Shown piece after piece: positions 21,601-31,100 of a stretch of 64,000 bases of DNA; position 1 is the stretch's first letter; every line of letters starts with the position of its first letter. The position numbers and the translations under genes are program-made. The DNA lies in the NCBI GenBank assembly GCA_002269645.1, contig NIVC01000114.1, forward strand, positions 806,001 through 870,000. The letters are read 5' to 3'. The stretch comes from Macrostomum lignano (lineage: Eukaryota). The notes under the pieces are model-generated. The model was not told the origin of the DNA. It saw nothing but the letters and a program-made list of their open reading frames with translations, and made no database searches.

Positions 21601-24600
21601 GATCAGTTCGTGTCTCATTACTAATTTGTCATTAAAGTTGGCAATTGAAGAAAGGAATTCCCCCATTTTTAGTACAAAAAACTTTTGTGGGAGAAACAAT
21701 GAAGTTACAATAAAGGTGCGGGCTGGATTATAATATTTAAAATTAAGGAAGTTCGCGGGCCGCATAGAAAGTCTTTGCAGGCCGGAGGTTGCCGACCCCT
21801 GGACTAGGCTGACTGACGCCATCAATTGCTCGTTGCTCTAAAGGTCTTGCAAAGAACTGGGAAGCATACGATCGATTAAACGGCCGTGTCACAACACTAG
21901 ATCTAGGCTTCGATCGCTCACAGTTCATGCGATATAATGAGTAATGACGGCTGCTCCAGCATGACGAGGCGTGATGGAGTGCTGTTAGCGCAGACCTGGC
22001 TCTTGTGGCAACACGCTCGAAAGCATCAACTAAAATGATAAATGCGACGGCTTCGAAAAAGGAAACCACAGCCAAAGCCCTGTTTCGAATCCAATATTCT
22101 GTACGGCTGCTCATATCCGCACTCTGGAGCCCGAGCCCAGGCCGAATGGGTCAAAGTTTTGATATTTGGCACAGTAATCAAAGATTGCCGTCAGGTCACC
22201 TTCAGCTTCTTCTGTCCCACAGGGGAGCTGCCCCCAAATGACCCGAACTCAAAAGAGTTGTCGATCAGTTGGAAGAGCCTCCACGTGGTACTTCTTACCT
22301 TCGGAGTTATTCTGTTCCGAATACAGGTGCGCCAGAACGCCATCCTACGTTCCCAATCGAGCCCTTTAGATTTTCTGTTGCGTTTCAAAAGTCATAATAT
22401 TTGAGGACCAGCTGCTCAGAATCAAAACATTTTGCATACAAGTTCATACGTGTATGCAGATGTCACCTACGTTGCTTCTTTTCCTGCCTTAATAAGTTGC
22501 TGACTGGCAAAAAGGCTAACTCAGCATGTCAAAAAGCTTTAAATCAGAATTATTCCACTGCCTTCAATATCTAAATCAGGGAGTCCGGAATACAGGGACT
22601 ACCCAAACACCGGGACGGGAAACTAAAATTTTTTAAGAGGCTGGCTGGCAATTATTTGCATTAGAGAGATGCTGTGTTACTTTGTTGTCTATGGTTATTT
22701 TCTACTGCTGATAAAAGACCAGCCTCGTAAAAAACTCCTAGTTTCCCGTCCCGGTGTTTGAGTAGTCCCTGCCGGAATACTACGGCATGCAGTGAACTCG
22801 ATGGTAAAACTATCAATATCAGGATTTGCACGTGCAAAACGCATCTGCAGCTTCCCAATGGCTCAAAGAACTCACGTGGAGTTTCCGTCGCTGCAGACGC
22901 CGCCGTTCTGACAGGGCCCTGACAGGCAGTAGTCAGTGTCCACTGAGCAGTTCCTGCCCTCCCAGCCTGTGAAGCAGCTGCAGCTGTAGTTTTTCACCAG
23001 GTCCGTGCACAGGCCGTTGGCGCAGGGCTTGCTGGCGCAGTCATCAATGTTGATTTGGCACCTGTCACCTGCGAATCCCGTGTCTGTGCAGTCGCAGGTG
23101 AATCTGAAGAGAGAATAAAGATGAGCTCTATTGTTACAGAAATGCTCAAAGTTTATCTATCGGCGGTTCCGGTAATTTTTAAGAACTGTTACAAACGACG
23201 AATGTAAGACTCTGAGTAAGGTTTTACAGTTTCAAAATCGTACTTAAACCGCAACTGAACCGAGACTCTCGCTTCAAGTCAAGTCAACAAGAACATCGGT
23301 TTAAGTAGCGACTACAGAAACAAAATTTAAAATAGAAACTGGACAGCCACCAGCTCTTCACTTTAGAAACGAAAGTGGAGGGTTGGCGTGTCAGGCCATG
23401 GCTGTGTTGTCAGACTTTACTACCGTCATGAACAAATCTCATTCTGCCTCTCCGGTGTTGAGAATGCGGAGCACTTCATCTGTGCGTGCCCGCCTCTACT
23501 CAGGACAGGCTCACCTACTCGGTTATTTTCGCCGTTTTCAGGCCCGAAAATTCCTGCCATATCTCCCGCTACCTGAGGGCTACCGGGCTCCAGGACTCCC
23601 CGGAGGAGGACCGCGCTGCGGACACCGGCACCACATGCCTCCCCGCTGCATCCGAATGCCCGAAGCCCCCCTGCAGCTGAGTCAAGTCAAGAAGGAGAAC
23701 TCACGTGCCGTTGCCATCAATGCACCTGCCGCCATTGAGGCAGGCGCCCGTTGGACAGTCGTTGTGGTTGATGTTGCAGTTCCTGCCCTCCCAGCCTGTG
23801 AAGCAGCTGCAGCTGTAGTCATTCACCAAGTCTGAGCACAGGCCGTTGGCGCAGGGCTTGCTGGCGCAGTCATCAATGTTGATCTCGCAGTTGGTGCCTG
23901 TGAAGTTAACAGGGAATTTCAAAAATAGCAAGAAATCATCTTCTGATGTCGCTCTGCTATCAAGCACAAATTTTGCAATAAGGATCAAATTTTAAGCAGA
24001 GAAATATAAAAATACACAAAATTTTGAAGATTTCTTATCGTCTTCCAGACAGTGCGGAACAGAAGGCGGAAACCTGAACAATGCCATTAAAAGCAGCCTT
24101 TGAATTGAATGCTTCTGGCAACCAGAGCACCGTGCGCTAAAAGTATGTCTATCATACATGCATAGGCGTGCTAAAGATGAATAGCATTGTCTCAAACTGT
24201 CAAAAATTCTGAATGGAGGCAGAGCGATCAGCATCGATTTCTGGCCTGAAACATAGTTCTTCCAAGGCTTGTGCCATGAACGGACAGAGCTATCGAAACG
24301 TGACGATAGCGGGTGGCGTTTCCGACTCTTATGTGGGCGATCCTTTATCTGAGGTGGGCGCTCCTTTATCTGAGGTGGGCGCTCCTGTCTCTGAGATGGG
24401 CGCTCCTGTCTCTGAGGTGGGCCCTCCGTTGTCTGAGGTGGGCGCTCCTGTCTCTGAGGTGGGCGCTCCTGTCTCTGAGGTGGGCGTCCCTGTCTCTGAG
24501 GTTGTCGCTCCTGTCTCTGAGGTGGGCACCCCTGTCTCTGAACTAAGCGCCCCTGTCTCTGAGGTGGGCGCCCCTGTCACTGAGGTGGCGCCCTAGTCCT

Positions 24601-25750
24601 AGCTACATGAAATTCCACGGTCGGTGGTTGCCATTTCCAAGAGGTAGCAAAAGTTGAGCCCTTGTCATTTCGCGAGACTGTTTAAATATTTCATTCGGTT
24701 TTTAAGGAGAAGATTTTTGTTACGGTGCAATTCTTTTCCGTCCCATGCCTAGCTCCGCCCTTTCTCTGCAGGTGTCTCTCTCTCTCCATTGAGTATTTTT
24801 AGCAATTCATTTGTTTGACTTGCATCTTTTCTGGCTGGGCATTTACCCCAAAATTAAACGAGCAAAACAGAAAATCAATATTTAATAATCGAAAAGATTT
24901 CTATCATCAACTCAATCTCGCAAGCAGTTACGCGTAGTTATACGGCGCTTCAATTTCAACTGGTTATGCCCCACCTGGTCACCCACCTGTGTAGCCGGGA
25001 ACGCAGCTGCAGTGATACCAGGGGCTCGTGTCTGTGTTGCTGCAGGTGCCTCCGTTCTGGCAGGGACTTGCTCTTGTAGCGCCACCGCCCGAAGTTGAAG
25101 AACAGAAGTCTTTTCTAACAGTGCAATCAGTACCACTGTACGCCTCAGGACACAGACACGGAGGAGTGCTTGACGTCACAGCGCCCGGCCAGCAAACCCC
25201 GCCATTTTTGCAGTCGCCCTCGCTGCAGGCGGCTCGCCTCGTCCGCGCCAATTCGTTGGCGTTTCTGTCAATCTCTGCAAAACATACAAGCATACAAACA
25301 ACTCATTTGTAGAATTTTTTAAAAATATAAATAAAGCATATATACTGATTAGTAAAAATAGCAAATATTTTCCATAGTGCAGTTCAAGGCCGAAAAAGTT
25401 AGCCTAAGACTCAATGACATACAGTAAGTTTTATTTTAACAAACTTATTCAATTCGGCGGCAAAAACAATACAAATAAAAACTAAAAAGCACTTCTAGGT
25501 ATTTGAATTGTCGCAAAGCATTTTTTTGTTGAGCTCATGAAAATTATCAACTGCATTACTTGATACCATGGCCTGAAACGTCACATCTGGCACAGCTAAT
25601 GCCTTTCACTTCTCTCAAGTTCGAATAGTTTTAGAAAACTGCCAGAGCGGACTCACCAGCTGGTCGTCTGTCATGCGAAACCGAAGCAGCCACAGCTTGG
25701 TGCACAAAAATGAGGATAACCAGCTGCTGTGGCCAACACCACGACATCAT
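15660..25750 (-). CDS. Gene B: long Crumbs-like receptor (SP, ~15 EGF, 2 LamG, TM, Tyr-containing tail), ~1225 aa
   Basis: Exons 25750-25657, 25274-24987, 23897-23705, 23103-22876, 19760-19321, 19235-17965, 17888-17359, 17287-17088, 17000-16864 (TM), 16762-16694, 16167-16096, 15996-15914, 15732-15660; all phase-compatible GT-AG. Crumbs-type insert CLERSNQALYG...FSYALAAGFVCLC. The last two exons are less certain. Confidence 0.8.
16352..16660 (+). mobile_element. tRNA-derived SINE with (ATT)n tail, in an intron of gene B
   Basis: GGGTTGTAGCCTAGGGTTAGAGCG...GGGTTCGATTCC head (A/B boxes), CACCCAGCTGTAAAATGGGTACC core, ATT tail; duplicate at 58975-59284. Confidence 0.85.
21369..21455 (+). repeat. 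28-bp unit x3 (TCTTTACCCTCTAGAATCCGCCCCTGGG)
   Basis: Three direct copies; the reverse complement contains CAGGGGCGGATTCTAG, resembling MITE termini. Confidence 0.85.
21745..21801 (-). mobile_element. Single terminus of a hAT-like MITE
   Basis: Reverse complement CAGGGGTCGGCAACCTCCGGCC...ATGCGGCCCGCG; the partner end was not found. Confidence 0.55.
22593..22771. mobile_element. hAT-type MITE (179 bp)
   Basis: TIRs of at least 33 bp (CAGGGACTACCCAAACACCGGGACGGGAAACTA, 1 mismatch); exact 8-bp TSD CCGGAATA (22585-22592, 22772-22779). Confidence 0.92.
23380..23690 (+). mobile_element. LINE 3' fragment (intron after the NGT exon, gene B)
   Basis: GHGC...FCLSGVENAEHFICACP motif and TCAAGTCAAG tail. 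Confidence 0.65.
24345..24595 (+). repeat. 21-bp minisatellite type B (GTCTCTGAGGTGGGCGCYCCT), intron 2 of gene B
   Basis: About 12 copies. Confidence 0.95.
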
Positions 25751-26423
25751 AATTGTATTTGATTAACTGTTTTAGTTTATTGCGAAGCTGGACCCAAGCT
25801 CGATTCGGAGTTTTATTGTTCGATATGTAGCTGAAACAAAGGTATGAGGTGGAATATTTATTTCGTAGAACAGCGCGTTTCTAACAACGAATAATGCAAG
25901 GCATGGAAAGCATTGCTTTTAAATCACAAATACTCCTAGCATTTTGAACAAAACAATGCGTTTCAGGCCTTTCTGTGTATAAATATTCCAAAAACGTTGG
26001 TCGATCTGGGCTTCTAAAGGTTACTGAGATGCTGAAATTCTATAAATTCAAACAAAACGTACAGATTTTAATATTCTGCCAACCAACATTTCTTAAAATT
26101 TGTAGAATTTTATTTTACAATGGAGCTAACAATGTCCCAGGAGCACAACAATCACTGATTACTTTTACGGCCATAAGTAAAAACACGAAGGAATCTGAAT
26201 AAAGACTGATTTATTGAATTAAAACTTTGATTTCGTGTACAAGAGTTTGTGCTTTTGATTGCTTTTGCTGCTCTTGAACCGTGAAAAAAATCATGACGCA
26301 AAATATTGTAAAAGTGAAAAATAACTGTAAAATTATCAAATAGTTCATAGTCAGAGTATCTTGGATAGAAAAATTGTCAGGGGTGAATCAGCGGAAATGA
26401 TTAAAAGTTCTTTAGGTATACAT

Positions 26424-27219
26424 TCTCATCCTTTTCCAGGTGTGGCTATGGAAAAGGAAGTCCAAGGATGCATTTCTCAGGCCGAGGCGAAGCCGAGGCC
26501 TTGAGAATATCATATCGAGAATATCATCCAAGAATATTTGGAAAAAGGAGGAGAAAATATTTAACCTACTGAAAGCAAAAGACGCATCAATTATCCAGTA
26601 CAGTTAGTCTGTGGCACAAGCTATGTGACTGACTGGCTAAAGTGCTGAGAACCCAACAGCAGTTCATCAATTTTTTTCGTCTCCTACATACATAACAGCT
26701 GTAACACTTTACAATGCAAGACGACTTAGATCTAGTGTTAGGATATTTTGAAAGTAAAGAATCCGCAGCAACGAATCCTGCTACGAGTTGTCACCCGTCG
26801 GCCGCCACAGCTTGGACGGTTTTGTTCGTGAATTAACGACTCCTCTAACTGGAGTGACTGAAAGGTAATCAGTCTCTATACAAGACTTGCGCAAGTACTC
26901 TACACCGTGCTGGCTTCGATAGAGAGGACATTGCTCGTGTTACAGGACACTCTTCGACAGCTATTGAGCGCTATATTCAGTTTCGCGTACAAGACCATGT
27001 TAAAGTATCGCATGCTCTTCTGGTGGTCAGTCATCAGTCATTTCTTACTATGTTAAACTTCCTGTTGTTGGATTTGTTAATTTACATTTGTTAAATGCAA
27101 CTGTAGCAGGACTGAGAACCATTTCTCAGGCCTCGTTTGGGGACTGAGAAATGGTTCTCAGTCCTCCTACTACCGATAAATTACCATAGAAGTTGTTGTT
27201 CCTCGGGAAAAGGATGAGA
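26424..27219 (+). mobile_element. Decayed Crypton-like tyrosine-recombinase element remnant
   Basis: ~26780-27020 translates, with a frameshift, to YELSPVGRHSLDGFVREL...NQSLYKTCASTLHRAGFDREDIARVTGHSSTAIERY (YR C-terminus, HxxR degenerate). 14-bp inverted repeats at 26424 and 27206, CCGAGGCGAAGCCGAGG at 26483, 27-bp-arm palindrome at 27103-27170. Confidence 0.65.
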
Positions 27220-28165
27220 CTGGGAAAGAGGCGCGAAATACACTTTCTGTAGGTTAAATTTACTTATTGGACATAAATACCGGCACACCGGATGGACCGA
27301 AATGTATCACAGCATAAAAATGATTCATAAAAACTGCAGCAATACAACTTGCTTAAAAGACATACAGGTATACTGTACTAAAAATAGTCTGAAGCAGGCT
27401 ATATTCATTTTTTAATAAATGGCATTGTTTGTTTTAATGCGAGTATATACGAGTATTTAGTAGTTCACATGCATCTGCTTCAAACGAGAACGCAGTATTA
27501 AAATCACCGTCGGTTTTTGATCCGAGGACCAAAATAATGCTCTAGAAAAGTCACTAAATTGAACTACCAACCAGATGTGACCACAGCAACTTGGGTATTG
27601 TAGAATAAACACATATCATCCAACCTATTTACAATACGCTCATAAACTTACGGAGCAATTTAAACATAGCACGGAAATAGTACACCTATAGAAGTTTCGT
27701 TGCCTTTATTTTAACCTGCGATGATCAATTGTACAAAAGACACAGCTGCTTGAACCATTTCAATATCCAAGATGGCTCATACAGACTCTACACTCCCGAA
27801 TAGCACACAGACATTCACATTCCACGGCTGTCAAAATATTATATCTATAATTTTTCAATAGGCATAGCAGCATATCCAATGCTATAAATAACCTATGAAG
27901 GATTTCTAAACCGAGCTACGCTTTTGTAAGAGCGGGACTAAAAAATTGATTTGGAAAAATTTTAAACTAAAAAAAGCAAACACGAACGCTTTAAAAGTGC
28001 AAAAAAGTAAAAAAATATTCGCAATATAAAAAATTATCAGCTGCTCAAAAAGGCCAGCACTGGAGTAAAAAGCGACAAAAACTGATCAAACTCACACGGA
28101 ATGTTTCAACGCAATGTTTTTAATAAATATGGGATGTCTTCCGCAGAAAAAAAACTGTTGCATTC

Positions 28166-31100
28166 TCACTGAGAGCCTTGATTAGCGTAAATGGCAGGTG
28201 CGAAATCCGAGTTCTCATTTGCGTATTCGCAACCTGCGGCTTCAGCAATGGAATCCATCTGGACTGGTGGAAGCGGCTGGTTCTGCCGATTCTTCTGAGA
28301 GGGGGGTGGTAAGTAAAAAGAGTTGGTGGAATTCATGTATGATATCCAGTCCTCATCATCAAAACTAACCATAAAAGGTCTTGAATAATTTCAGTTTTGA
28401 GTTAGAATTTTTAAGGTCTAGTTTTCTCGTTAATAATAATATGCCTTTTTCGTTTCAAAAGTTATAACAAATGTCAAGGGACGCGAATTGATATCTCACC
28501 ACTGAAGCTTTGCAGAGCTCTTCAGTAGCTGAGGCATACTGATGCGCTGAGTCAACATCCTGCACCTTGGCATTCTGTGTGGGCACCAATATTTTGTATA
28601 TTATTGAGAATTAAAACCCACATCTCAAAATGTATTTCGAAATTCCACAGCAAAGCTTACACGTAAAACTTCACCAGTTGCTGAAACTGTTGGTTCCGCA
28701 TACTTGGCTGGCTTGGTGCGCGATAAATAGCCCTGAACAATGGCAAAACGATTATTTCAGTTACGGTTAATGCGTCATTATCGCAAATAGCACAATAATA
28801 TAACAATCTCTGCACTTACAAAACGGATTAAAAGACCCACCACGGCGACAGCGAGCGCAGCTGTGAGGACGACAGTAAGTACACCCACAACTGCGCCTAC
28901 AACTACTGAAGAGCTTCGTGATTCTAAAAAAATATAGAACTCATATTCAGTAAAACACCTCTGTAGGGCGTAGGCCGTGCGCTGCACTCTCTGCCCCACA
29001 TTATTATTTATGACTCATTCTCTCGCCTAAACTTGTTTGTTAATTCTCGACCAATCGCGCATCGCTTCACCCCACCCCACAATATTAACTAAAAGTATAT
29101 AGTAAGTAAACAGAGCCATACAGAGGCCACCTTTTTTCGGCACGCAAACCTAGACTTCACAACCTCACTCGAACATATAAAAAATAAACATACAAAAAAC
29201 GCTTTAAAGACGACAATAAAAAACGTCTCACCATAAGAATCAATACAGACGAATCCGGGAGCCAGATCATAGCTGAATGACCCATTGAAAGGCCAAGGCA
29301 GAAATCTCAACTTGTAGTTCGCATGGTCGCTTCTCTCCAAACAGACTTCACCGCTCTTGCACGGATTCGGGCTGCAGTCGGGATGATCAACCGAGCAGTT
29401 CACGCCCGAGTAGCCATTGTGGCATTTGCACCTGCGGAGTTGCCATAGACAATATGCACTACGGAACATGGCAGCAATCTGAATCACAAAAACTGCTCAC
29501 TCATAGGAATTGTAGAAAACGTCCATGCATGTAGCTCCGTTTCTGCAAGGTGAAAACGTTTCGCACACCTCAGAAACAACTCCCAGTCGTACACCAGACG
29601 AATCGCTGGCTGCAATGGCCTGAGGAAGGCTTGCCAGCAAGCTGGGAGAGACAGGACACAACATCAGCGGCTTCTCGCCGTTCAGTTTGGGGCCAGAAAT
29701 GGTGCCGCGGAAAGCTGTGGTGTTCGCTGGTAGAACTGAGGCCACTGCACTCGATAGGGTCGGCGCTGACCTCTTTGATCTACGGCTGCCGTGAGCTACA
29801 GGCAACAATGAGGAGTCTGGGGCTGCCCGAAGACCGCTGAAGCCGCCGATGATGAGCTGGCCTGACAGCTGCGGCAGCGGACTCGCACTGCTCAGCGGTG
29901 CCGACCTGACTGAAGATGACACTGACAGCGAAAGCGAGCGACCCGATATCGACACGGAGATCTTCACAGAGACGAAGCTGCCGGTGGCCACCGAGTCTGA
30001 GGACGTCAGCGCTGGGATGAGGGTGCTGTTGCTGTGCAGTAACTGGGCGGACAGACGGCCAGAGTGATCGATCTAAAAATATTTTAACAAAACTGACAAC
30101 ATCTGAAAAATCGTTAAGGGACATCATTAAGGACACTGACCGTAGCGAGCAGTCTCGGAGTGGTCGCCGAGTCGCTCGGGTCGCCCAGCAGCAGCAGAAA
30201 CGCTCCTCGAGACAAAGTCACCAGCCTCAGCTCAATCGTCCACGAGTCTCCGCCAGACACACTTGACGCATTTGGCAGAGAAGCGAAACTCGCAGACGAT
30301 ACAAGTCCGCTTATGCCGAACGAGTACAGCGGAAGCAGCACGGAGCAGTTTTTGCCTCCGAAGTCACCGGGGCAGCCGGTGCAGTCATAATCCGCTACCA
30401 GGTCCTTGCAGACGGCTCCGTTCTGACACGGCTGTCCGAACCGCTCGCACTCGTTTATGTCGAATGAGCAGGTCGGGCCCTCGTAGCCGGGCAGGCAGCC
30501 GCAGGTGAAGCTCCTGACACCGTCGGTGCACCTGCCGCCGTGCTGGCACGGGCTCGACGCGCAGTCATCGATCTTGGAGCTGCAGGTGACGCCTTGAAAA
30601 TCGACGCGAAGGCAGTCGCAGGTAAACCTGATTTTTGATTAGAAAAGGCACTTTGAAACCGTAATGCTTGCGCCGATGAAGTAAGAATCTAAAAAATTGC
30701 CTGTTTCATTGTTTGATTAACACCTGTTTTAACTTTGCTTACCTGTCACGGAAATATAGTTGGTTTTCAATCTCTCTCTTTCCTACGATTTTCCTAGATT
30801 TTCCTTACGGAATTTTACAATCGTTTATGTTTTAACGCATCAATGAAAAAGCCTCTGAGCTCTAATTTTAAAAATAAATTGCAAGAAGACTATGGGGCAC
30901 TGAGACTTCACAATTTTACAATCAAGACGGGAGAAAAGGATGGAGTCTACAGATTACAGAATTATCTAATCGGATAATTCTGTTCAGGAAAAATTTGCGT
31001 TAAAACGCCGCCTTTCGAAACCGTTCTCAAAGGAGCCCTTCAGATGTTTTTTTTTAATCCAACTCAGTCTCAAAAGAGTTTGCAAACAAGTTTATACCCA

